From: a virus
Lineage: Duplodnaviria > Caudoviricetes
Strand: one strand, 5' to 3'
Virus record (IMG/VR): IMGVR_UViG_3300016659_000222
Coordinates: 1-24,364 of that record
DNA length: 24,364 nt
Shown in pieces: positions 1 through 7,438 of this stretch (within the stretch, counting starts at the first letter, position 1; each line of letters opens with the position of its first letter). Under the pieces are notes generated by a model. The model searched no databases, was not told where the DNA came from, and was given only the letters and a program-made list of their open reading frames with translations. The translations under genes were made by a program, and so were the position numbers.

Positions 1-411
1 TTAGACGATATTTGCTTGATGTAGTTCATTTTCTAGCCCTTTTTTCCAATCGTAAAAAGTTTCCCAATCAATTAAAGGCAAAGAATCAAGTGAAAATGTA
101 TGGTAAAATTTTTTCCAATTAAGTTTTTTAAGGTATCCTTCAATTATTTTTGCTGGTCCAAATTGGAAATCCTCATAACCAAAATAATTTCCTGTTTCAC
201 AAATTACATAACTTTTGTTTTCTAATTTTATATTAGTCAAAAAATCTTCCATATCATGAGGCAATTCTTCATCACCATAAGTTGGACAAATAAAAACTAC
301 TACATCCGCCCAAATTCTGGCTTCGGAAACATGCTTCACTTCACACATGAATCCTTGTGTAACTGTTTTAGTGCGACCATGATTAGAGTCGTAAATTACT
401 TGCATTTGCAT
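1..411 (-). CDS. Flavodoxin-like protein
   Basis: VIYDSNHGRT FMN phosphate loop (Y-x-S-x-x-G-x-T), then CPTYGDEELP and ETGNYFGY-FG motifs of short-chain flavodoxins. Start could be 405. Confidence 0.8.
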   Translation of the reverse strand: MQMQVIYDSNHGRTKTVTQGFMCEVKHVSEARIWADVVVFICPTYGDEELPHDMEDFLTNIKLENKSYVICETGNYFGYEDFQFGPAKIIEGYLKKLNWKKFYHTFSLDSLPLIDWETFYDWKKGLENELHQANIV

Positions 412-1015
412 TGAAAATACTTTCTATTACTGAAATTTTTGTATAAATATCAGTATTGATAAAATTTAATTTAATTCCTTGGTCGGCAAAAACGCTTTCG
501 TCATAAAGATCAACACCTCCCGGCAAATTAAAATAATGAGTTGCGTTCAATTTTTTACAAATATCAAGAATTCTGTCTTGTCCTTTAAGATCGGATGGAA
601 AATCATTTGAGTGAATAAATTGTGTTTTTAATTTTAGTTGAGAACAAACCCATTTTATTGTCTCGCAAACGAGATCGTTAAGGGATTTGTATGATGATAA
701 TGATGCATAAAAATGATAAAGATCATTTTCTTTAACTTTTTTACCATAGGTTGTTTCAAATGTCTTCAAATGTATATTGACAATAGAATTCCATTCTCCA
801 TCAATTTCAATTTGGTTAATTCGTGTATTACGAGATGTTTTTTTAATTGGTATCGTTATCCATAATGGATCGTTTTTTCTGATCTTATTTCTGTTAATCC
901 ATCCACGACGGATGTACTGCACATCATCAAAAAAAACAAACTTATCAACCGACTGGATAAGTTTGAAATATCCCAAGTACGGAAAGAAATAAGGCTGAGA
1001 AATAGCTATCTTCAT
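383..1015 (-). CDS. wbqC: WbqC-like family protein
   Basis: QPYFFPYLGYF, FVFFDDVQY, WINRNKI, LNATHYFNLPGG-LY are WbqC family signatures. 4-bp overlap with the upstream aminotransferase. Confidence 0.9.
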   Translation of the reverse strand: MKIAISQPYFFPYLGYFKLIQSVDKFVFFDDVQYIRRGWINRNKIRKNDPLWITIPIKKTSRNTRINQIEIDGEWNSIVNIHLKTFETTYGKKVKENDLYHFYASLSSYKSLNDLVCETIKWVCSQLKLKTQFIHSNDFPSDLKGQDRILDICKKLNATHYFNLPGGVDLYDESVFADQGIKLNFINTDIYTKISVIESIFNANASNLRL

Positions 1016-1596
1016 TTTATTTGGAACTTTTTAGACAAATCTGGATAAATTGGTTTGATAATTGTACTTTCTTTTAGATAAGGCATTAGAGTAAGACCTC
1101 TAGCTGCTTGTTCGGGAGTCATGTACATATTCCAACCAGCAAAATCAAAAATTTCTTGTTCTGTTAAAGGTACTTCATCTCGACCTTCATATCTTGCTTT
1201 TTTGAACCATTTTACAGCATCAGGTTTATCTGTAAATATCATCCCACCCTTACCAATGTTAAGAATTTTGTTGTAAGTAAAAGAAATACATTGAAAAGTA
1301 TTTCTTTGATACATCCCTCGAGCAAGTTTACAGGCAGAATCATAAATTGGGTAAGGTTTTAATTGATAAGAACCTTCCCAGTCATAATGTTCAAATAGGA
1401 CTTTACCTCCAGCATGAATAATTGAACATGGTACTGAAATGTATGTTTTCGATGGAATTGAGACTTCAGTAACTTTAAGATATTTACAACACAGAAAAAG
1501 AGCATTCGTACAACTGTCAACTGCTACGGCATATGGACTTCCGACAAAGTCTGCCATACTTTCTTCGAAGTGATTGACTGTTTTGTATGGGTTCAT
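1012..1596 (-). CDS. Short DegT/DnrJ/EryC1/StrS-family PLP-dependent aminotransferase
   Basis: FEESMADFVG-YAVAVDSCTNAL, YDSA, SFTYNK (catalytic Lys position), GKGGMIFTD, GWNMYM-AARGL. Only 194 aa. Confidence 0.85.
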   Translation of the reverse strand: MNPYKTVNHFEESMADFVGSPYAVAVDSCTNALFLCCKYLKVTEVSIPSKTYISVPCSIIHAGGKVLFEHYDWEGSYQLKPYPIYDSACKLARGMYQRNTFQCISFTYNKILNIGKGGMIFTDKPDAVKWFKKARYEGRDEVPLTEQEIFDFAGWNMYMTPEQAARGLTLMPYLKESTIIKPIYPDLSKKFQIK

Positions 1597-1680
1597 TTTT
1601 TATGTGATCCTTTTTAAATCAAAAATTAAAATAGTAAATCTTCACCAAATTATTTTGATTTTCAAGTCCTAATTAGATTG

Positions 1681-2295
1681 ATGAAATACCGTGACCAAAT
1701 AATTATTGGGGTGATTATTTTTTGCGCCATAGTAATCGGCACACATTCATCGATTGGAAAGCATCATCCACCAAATTATAAAATTGATATCAATCATTTA
1801 ATTCAGCAACCTGATGATATTACATGTGGTCCTACTAGCGTTAGCATGTTGATGTATTATTACAATTTAGATGTGTCAGTCAATGATGTAAAAAAAATTA
1901 CTAAAACAGTTTGGTATAATTGGTCTGGGCATGATATTGGAATGACATCGCCAAATTTTATCGTATCAGCTCTGAAGTTCTATGGTTTTAATTCAAAGAT
2001 GAAATATGGAAAAATCATAGACTTAAAACATACAATTTCGAATGGAAAGCCTTGTATAGTTTTGGTTCGTAGCGGCGAATGGAACTGGCATTATGTTTTG
2101 GCTTGTGGTTACGACACAGAATACATTTTCTTTGCGAACCCATCAACAGGTGAAATACAAGGTTTAAGCACAAATGAATTCAACGCAGCATGGTCTTGGA
2201 ATGCTGATTTACATGGTAGATTATGCGGTCAGTTAGCAAAATATTTTTTGAAAGGAATCGAGATTTATCCAAACTCTTATATTTTTGTGGAATAA
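1681..2295 (+). CDS. C39-like cysteine peptidase with N-terminal signal/anchor
   Basis: Hydrophobic N-terminus, QQPDDITCGPTS (oxyanion Q and catalytic C), GKPCIV, WHYVLACGYD (H), FANP. ATG at 1681 (track uses TTG 1678). Confidence 0.8.
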   Translation: MKYRDQIIIGVIIFCAIVIGTHSSIGKHHPPNYKIDINHLIQQPDDITCGPTSVSMLMYYYNLDVSVNDVKKITKTVWYNWSGHDIGMTSPNFIVSALKFYGFNSKMKYGKIIDLKHTISNGKPCIVLVRSGEWNWHYVLACGYDTEYIFFANPSTGEIQGLSTNEFNAAWSWNADLHGRLCGQLAKYFLKGIEIYPNSYIFVE

Positions 2296-2299
2296 TATC

Positions 2300-3241
2300 A
2301 TGAAATACGGTCAATATTTTCTTACATTTTTCGCTTTATTTGTTGTAAGTTATGTGCTTTTTTGTCCAGAACGCAGGAGTGCTGTGGGCGATAGTTTATT
2401 TGAAGAATTACAACCTGTATCTTCAAATTTATCTTTTAACGAACCAAAATGGAAAAAGTACAATAGAATTCGTGAAGTAAGCGATCCGAATCTTGGAGTT
2501 ATTCTTGGTGATCTCGAATCACATTTGCCTAATGAACACAACTACACGGATTTAAACAAATTGACATGGGCACATGAAGCAAGCCATGGAATAAATGCAA
2601 AAATAAGGAATGACAGAACTACAAATGAAGGCTACAACGGTTTTTATGTTTTGCAAGATAGATTCATCATCATTAAAGAACCAGAAATTACCATTCGTGA
2701 TGTTGCCTCTGTAATTCCTGAGCGACTTCGTGGGTTGACATTTAATGTGTATTTTGAAGAACAATTTCTAATTTGGAATGATAGACCCTTATATCTCATG
2801 GACGAATGGGTTGCTTTTACTAATGGTGCCGATGCGGGTAAAGAATTAAATTTAAAGGGATGGTATTTTGAGTTGCTACAGGCTCATAATTTCAATGTAT
2901 ATTGCATTTATTTGGCTTTAGTCATTCAAAGAGATTGTAGTTATTATCGTGATACAGAATTAAAAGAATTTATAAAGTGGAATACAGAAAGAGTGTTTCG
3001 TCTCAGTCATCCATCGGATAGAAAAACAGAAAATTTTGTTGCTGATAATAAAATACCAAAAATTGTTTCGAATTGGCATATTTGTCCTCATCAAACTGCA
3101 CCAAAATATTTCACCAATGACTTACATCATGTTGAAGATTATATCAAGATTATCAAGACGGCACCGGAAGCTGAGAAATTCAGGAAATTTGTAAAGGACT
3201 ATTTCGGCGAGGATTGGTGTTCCAGAACCTACGGATTTTGA
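2300..3241 (+). CDS. Membrane-anchored protein with HExxH motif, putative zinc metallopeptidase
   Basis: N-terminal hydrophobic helix, WAHEASHG and a downstream LMDEWVAF glutamate. ATG at 2300 just after the upstream stop. Confidence 0.5.
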   Translation: MKYGQYFLTFFALFVVSYVLFCPERRSAVGDSLFEELQPVSSNLSFNEPKWKKYNRIREVSDPNLGVILGDLESHLPNEHNYTDLNKLTWAHEASHGINAKIRNDRTTNEGYNGFYVLQDRFIIIKEPEITIRDVASVIPERLRGLTFNVYFEEQFLIWNDRPLYLMDEWVAFTNGADAGKELNLKGWYFELLQAHNFNVYCIYLALVIQRDCSYYRDTELKEFIKWNTERVFRLSHPSDRKTENFVADNKIPKIVSNWHICPHQTAPKYFTNDLHHVEDYIKIIKTAPEAEKFRKFVKDYFGEDWCSRTYGF

Positions 3242-3242
3242 A

Positions 3243-4091
3243 ATGAAAGTTTTATACATTTTAAATGATTCATGTTTTTACAGAAGAATGTGTTGGTTTA
3301 GCATCAATAGTTTAAGATATTACAATAAATCAATCGAAATTGAGATTTTATATATTTGCGATAATGGCAAAGACAATAGAAAAATTGCAAATTTAAATGA
3401 TTTTGATTTAGGCATTCCTTGGTTTACGAGGGAAATGTTTATTGAGGAAATAAGTAAATTCAATGTTGTATTTAGATTCGTCTATGATTGTGATTTAGGA
3501 GAAGAATCTGGTTTTCCAAGCGCACAAAGGAAAGAATTTATAAAAGTAAAAGGAAAAGATATACTTCTGCTGGATTCTGATACTTTTATTTTTGATGATA
3601 TTGAGCCATTATTTTCACACACTACTAATTCCGAAATAATTGCGAGTAAAACTGAATGGGGCGAATGTGGAGGTTTTCTGCCGATACTGGGAACTAGTTT
3701 ATCTCCTTTTAATTCTGGTGTTATTTTATTCAAAGATGATTTGTTACAAAAATATGGTTCGGAAGTTTATGATTTAATTCTTGAAATAAAATACGAAAAA
3801 ACTGATTTGGGCAAGTGGTATGGCGATTATGAAAGAAAATATAGTCCCAAGGAAGCTTTCAAATTAGGGAGAGAGGAAATTGCTTTTAGTTATTGGGTTG
3901 TAAAAGAAAAACTAAAGTATAGTTATTTTGATCAATCAGAAGTACAAACCGTAAATTATAAGTCTCAAACAAAAATTTATCATACGATGACACAAAATTG
4001 GCTTCAACAATGGTCTCGATTTTATCGAGGTAGTAAATTTCTACCACCTAAAAAATTGAATAAAAGACTTTTTATCAGACCGTCTTCTTAA
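3243..4091 (+). CDS. GT-A fold glycosyltransferase (GT8-like)
   Basis: SINSLR, ILLLDSDTFIFDDI (DxD) and PFNSGVILF motifs; late YH. Confidence 0.75.
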   Translation: MKVLYILNDSCFYRRMCWFSINSLRYYNKSIEIEILYICDNGKDNRKIANLNDFDLGIPWFTREMFIEEISKFNVVFRFVYDCDLGEESGFPSAQRKEFIKVKGKDILLLDSDTFIFDDIEPLFSHTTNSEIIASKTEWGECGGFLPILGTSLSPFNSGVILFKDDLLQKYGSEVYDLILEIKYEKTDLGKWYGDYERKYSPKEAFKLGREEIAFSYWVVKEKLKYSYFDQSEVQTVNYKSQTKIYHTMTQNWLQQWSRFYRGSKFLPPKKLNKRLFIRPSS

Positions 4092-4460
4092 TTTTTTTCT
4101 CCAAAAAATTATATCGTCATCAACATTAGGGTTATATGAATTCCAATCCATTAAATGCCCAACGACAAAATGACAATTGAACATATTGTTTTGACAAAGT
4201 GTTACAAGATTTTCGGGGTCTAATTCTTTTTCTGGAAATTTACTCACAGGCAATTTGTGATGTACTGCCAAGTTATCAAACTTGCCACACACGGCACAAA
4301 ACGGGTATTTATCAATATGGTCATCTCTCACTAATCTCCATAACGGGTTTCTTCCTCTTTTTTTACATTCGTTAAATTCTTTTTTTAATGGAATAAAAAG
4401 TAATTTTGGTGCCAGAAAAAATATTAAAACAACCACAAAGATTTCAGTCCAGCTTTCCAT
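4041..4460 (-). CDS. HNH endonuclease with N-terminal hydrophobic helix
   Basis: CAVCG-AVHHKLP-ELDPENLVTLC-CHFVVGH zinc-binding HNH pattern. Residues ~7-25 are hydrophobic. Confidence 0.85.
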   Translation of the reverse strand: MESWTEIFVVVLIFFLAPKLLFIPLKKEFNECKKRGRNPLWRLVRDDHIDKYPFCAVCGKFDNLAVHHKLPVSKFPEKELDPENLVTLCQNNMFNCHFVVGHLMDWNSYNPNVDDDIIFWRKKLRRRSDKKSFIQFFRW

Positions 4461-4537
4461 GAATACATAATATCATTTAATTTTTCTGCGGCAACGAAAG
4501 TGGTTATGATTGATAAAAACATCAACATGATAAACAT
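4424..4537 (-). CDS. Possible 37-aa hydrophobic small protein (not in ORF track)
   Basis: My translation: MFIMLMFLSIITTFVAAEKLNDIMYSWKAGLKSLWLF*. Minus-strand TAAATA at 4554-4559 lies upstream. Overlaps the HNH start in another frame. Confidence 0.3.
   Translation of the reverse strand: MFIMLMFLSIITTFVAAEKLNDIMYSWKAGLKSLWLF
4467..4494 (-). promoter_or_regulatory. Sigma70-like extended -10 promoter, possibly producing a leaderless HNH mRNA
   Basis: TTGCCG-N16-TATTAT with TG at the extended position; 6 nt between the -10 and the ATG at 4460. Confidence 0.4.
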
Positions 4538-4553
4538 TATAATTTAGCTGGTC

Positions 4554-4566
4554 TATTTAATAGATA
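4554..4566. promoter_or_regulatory. Back-to-back TAnATA motifs, putative divergent late promoters
   Basis: TAAATA on - (4554-4559) and TAGATA on + (4561-4566), each about 15 nt before an ATG; resembles the T4 late core TAAATA. Confidence 0.35.
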
Positions 4567-4581
4567 AAGAGAGGTGTTAAA

Positions 4582-4737
4582 ATGAAGAAGAGGCAGAAGA
4601 AATACCAAATGTACCCAACAAAAACAATACCCATGCAATTTCACGACAAAGTAGCACCTATGCCGATGTGTGGTGAATCCTCAAAATTGATTAGTTTTTC
4701 TGAGTGGAAGAAGAAAAAGAAAGACAAAAAACATTGA
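4582..4737 (+). CDS. 51-aa basic small protein (not in ORF track)
   Basis: GAGGTG RBS, ATG 4582, MKKRQKKYQMYPTKTIPMQFHDKVAPMPMCGESSKLISFSEWKKKKKDKKH*, followed by a terminator. Confidence 0.7.
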   Translation: MKKRQKKYQMYPTKTIPMQFHDKVAPMPMCGESSKLISFSEWKKKKKDKKH

Positions 4738-4754
4738 AGCAGAAACTAAATTAC

Positions 4755-4779
4755 GACATCGGTCGATGTCATTTTTTTT
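4755..4779 (+). terminator. Rho-independent terminator
   Basis: GACATC-ggtc-GATGTC hairpin followed by A and T8, between convergent genes. Confidence 0.65.
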
Positions 4780-4918
4780 CTGGTTTATTCCACCAAAATC
4801 TAAGGAATGTTGTAGTAAAGAATACAACGCAAGATTGAACCATAGCTTGCAAACAAATAGTAATCAACCACGCTAATGTGATTGTGACGAATTGAGCTTT
4901 TACTTTTCTTTTTTGCAT
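4769..4918 (-). CDS. Small membrane protein (49 aa)
   Basis: ATG at 4918 directly after the upstream stop; basic N-terminus, long hydrophobic core, WWNKPEKK end. Confidence 0.55.
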   Translation of the reverse strand: MQKRKVKAQFVTITLAWLITICLQAMVQSCVVFFTTTFLRFWWNKPEKK

Positions 4919-4919
4919 T

Positions 4920-5210
4920 CTAGTCTTGATGAAATTTCTTATCGGCAAACTTTTGTGCTCTATCGATATCACCAGCATTGAGAGCTTTGCCAAATTTCTT
5001 TTTGTTAATTAGCTCAACAACAACTTCAAGAGTTTCAAGATTTACAGGCTTAGTAAAATGAACAACCTCTTCGTCATTTTTTATACCAATATAGCATAAG
5101 CAATTTCCATTATCGGCATCTACAAGTTTGACAGTATCGTGACCAAGACCAGAAATTTCTGTTTCTGCCTTGTGCGTTAAAACTCTTTTTCTGCTCTTGG
5201 TGAGTGTCAT
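4920..5210 (-). CDS. Hypothetical protein (96 aa)
   Basis: GAGGGA RBS before ATG 5210 (MTLTKSRK); no family recognised. Confidence 0.65.
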   Translation of the reverse strand: MTLTKSRKRVLTHKAETEISGLGHDTVKLVDADNGNCLCYIGIKNDEEVVHFTKPVNLETLEVVVELINKKKFGKALNAGDIDRAQKFADKKFHQD

Positions 5211-5242
5211 CGCAAATCCCTCATGATGATTTAGACTTGAGT

Positions 5243-5271
5243 ATAATATCAAACTGAAAATTGATAATCAA
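5243..5271 (-). promoter_or_regulatory. Sigma70-like promoter
   Basis: TTGATT-N17-TATTAT with extended TG, overlapping the clpP stop and upstream of ATG 5210. Confidence 0.5.
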
Positions 5272-5854
5272 CACTTATTTTTACTCTGAGTTCGGGAACG
5301 CCAATATCAGTACAGAGTTTGTGCTTCTTTGCTTGTTTTGATGTTAAGAACCAGTCTGCATGACCTTTTTCATGAATCATATTATAAAAATATGTTTCTT
5401 TTTGCCCGACATTATTGGCTATCAATCCAAATATAAGTTTGTTAAGTCTATCACATTCTTTAGCATCAGCTTTGACTTCTTCAATTTTACCACCCGTATA
5501 AGTAGCAGCGTCATGAAGCATAAGAGTTGCATTTTCTGCCATAAATCTTTTTTTACCCATACCAAAAAGAATGGCTCCTGCCGACATGGCTTTACCATTA
5601 ACAATGGTGTAAACTGGCAAAGATGCTTTTTGAAGAATTCCAATCATATCAAGACATCCGTAGACACTACCCCCATATGAGTCAATAACAATAGGAATGA
5701 TTGGTTGTCCTGTCCCATGTGCTCTTTCCATATCTTCTCTAAAATCTTTTACGCCTTGTTCGTTGAATTGTTGAACAAGAACAATTACTGGAGTTTTAAT
5801 TAGATCGGCGTGTCTTGCACGAATGAGGGGGTCAACAATCAGTTTGCGGTACAT
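5249..5854 (-). CDS. clpP: ATP-dependent Clp protease proteolytic subunit
   Basis: IDSYGGSV, VYTIVNGKAMSAGA (catalytic S), KRF-ENATLMLH (H), DWFLT-QAK (D). Confidence 0.92.
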   Translation of the reverse strand: MYRKLIVDPLIRARHADLIKTPVIVLVQQFNEQGVKDFREDMERAHGTGQPIIPIVIDSYGGSVYGCLDMIGILQKASLPVYTIVNGKAMSAGAILFGMGKKRFMAENATLMLHDAATYTGGKIEEVKADAKECDRLNKLIFGLIANNVGQKETYFYNMIHEKGHADWFLTSKQAKKHKLCTDIGVPELRVKISVDYQFSV

Positions 5855-6069
5855 TTATTCTGTTCCTCGTATTGGATGAACTGAAGCCGTGCAGCATTCA
5901 ATAGATCAAGGATGTGAGTCCTTTTTATGAATCCTTCTTCATCCATATGATAAGAACAGTTTTTTATTTTTTCTATCATTTCAGAAATTTGTTTCAAATT
6001 ACTCATTGTTATTTTAACATTACCATCTTGGGCGTGAACGATACCGTTTTCATGTCGGATTTTAAGCAT
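5839..6069 (-). CDS. Hypothetical protein
   Basis: AGGTGA RBS-like site before ATG 6069; overlaps the clpP start. Start uncertain (6069-6078). Confidence 0.55.
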   Translation of the reverse strand: MLKIRHENGIVHAQDGNVKITMSNLKQISEMIEKIKNCSYHMDEEGFIKRTHILDLLNAARLQFIQYEEQNKCTAN

Positions 6070-6134
6070 GACCATCACCTAGGAATGAGTGTCATATATA
6101 CATTTTTACAAGTAAATTTTCAACAGGAATAAAA

Positions 6135-6521
6135 ATGGAAAAAAATCACAAACACATGATCTTAAATGCGTCTGTTAGGCATCCCATTACTGACGAAGAA
6201 AGTTGCAAAAGATGGCTTGAGAAATTAGTTGAAATAATCGACATGAAGATACTCATTCCTCCGGTTGCCAAATATTGTGATACCTGTGGGAATGAAGGTG
6301 TTACGGGGACTGTAGTAATTGAAACGAGTCACAGTAGCATCCATATATGGCATCAAGAAAAAATTCCATATATCAAAATGGATGTTTATTCATGCAAAGA
6401 CTTTGATCCGCTTGATGTTGTAAATTTTGTTAAAGATACCATGGACATAATCAACGGCGGATACATAATTGTTGACAGGAATCAAGATGTGCCAAAAATT
6501 ATGGAGTCGGCTCTGATTTGA
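6135..6521 (+). CDS. speD: S-adenosylmethionine decarboxylase proenzyme (short class)
   Basis: GVTGTVVIETSHSSIHIW self-cleavage/pyruvoyl motif and MDVYSCKDFD; AGGA RBS. Confidence 0.9.
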   Translation: MEKNHKHMILNASVRHPITDEESCKRWLEKLVEIIDMKILIPPVAKYCDTCGNEGVTGTVVIETSHSSIHIWHQEKIPYIKMDVYSCKDFDPLDVVNFVKDTMDIINGGYIIVDRNQDVPKIMESALI

Positions 6522-7377
6522 CTCTTGATTTCAATATTTTTTCTGAAATCTCACTTATATAATTGGCATTTGGCGACATTTTACAGGTCGCCAAAACCTC
6601 TATCGGATCACCAAAAGACATACAAAGTGGTGGTTTAAAAGAAAACATCGATTTATTGAAAACCGGGGGCAATCCATCAGCATAGTCGATAAATGGAGTA
6701 GAATTTCCATCATTCATGTTTGATGTAATGTTGTAAGAGCCTTTTACTTCGATGTTTCCAAGATAATCTACTATACTAATTACCCAAGCCAATCTAATGG
6801 TTTCTTTCCATACTGGTATTTTTTGTATTATTTGATTTAATATTATCTGTTCTGCGACGATAGTGGTTCTAAAGACTAATTGTTCTGGAATATTATTTAG
6901 TAAGATAATATTTCCTACTGGCAACCAATTTTTAAGATAATATTCACGGTTATGTGCTTGTTTTTCCCAAAATTTACCTGCATTTTTTTCTGCCTGATCA
7001 AATGTAAAAAATGGATCAATCGCAACATTAGCAGAAGCATAGTTGGTTTTTAATTCGTCAAGATAATAAGGATTTTTCAATACGGTATGAGGTTGCATGA
7101 GGCAAATTGAATTGCCGATTCTTTTTTTCTCTAAACAAAAAGACAAAGAATAAATTTCATCTAATGGCTGAAATCCTCTTTTTAAACCAATACTTTGATG
7201 ACTAAAGAATTTTTCATGATTTAAAATATTTGACAAAAATTCATATCTGTTTTCTCCAACATCGGCACCGGCTATGGTTAAATTTTTTTGCAGATTATGC
7301 TCTTTGAAGCTTTGAATTAAAAGCTCAACTTGCCAGTCATGGTAGGCTTTTTGACCAACACTTACGAAGTATTCCAT
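6499..7377 (-). CDS. Glycosyltransferase-like protein resembling the HPAT/SERGT1 domain (degenerate DxD)
   Basis: N-terminal YFVSV-AYHDWQVELLIQSF resembles the F-S-x-Y-x-x-W-Q-x-S-F motif of peptidyl-Ser galactosyl/Hyp arabinosyltransferases. CLMQPHTVL sits where DxD is expected. Confidence 0.45.
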   Translation of the reverse strand: MEYFVSVGQKAYHDWQVELLIQSFKEHNLQKNLTIAGADVGENRYEFLSNILNHEKFFSHQSIGLKRGFQPLDEIYSLSFCLEKKRIGNSICLMQPHTVLKNPYYLDELKTNYASANVAIDPFFTFDQAEKNAGKFWEKQAHNREYYLKNWLPVGNIILLNNIPEQLVFRTTIVAEQIILNQIIQKIPVWKETIRLAWVISIVDYLGNIEVKGSYNITSNMNDGNSTPFIDYADGLPPVFNKSMFSFKPPLCMSFGDPIEVLATCKMSPNANYISEISEKILKSRVKSEPTP

Positions 7378-7438
7378 AAAACATTAAGAGTAAAAAACAT
7401 AAATAAATCAAATCCAATATCTTCATGGGAAGTTTCAC

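Noticed and set aside
1616-1661. AAATCAAAA...TTTTGATTT inverted repeat in the divergent gap
   Set aside because: Nearly all A/T with a long spacer; likely chance in this composition.
1-4091. Bacterial O-antigen locus interpretation
   Set aside because: No flippase, polymerase or housekeeping context; it is contiguous with phage-style genes and a tail/baseplate module.
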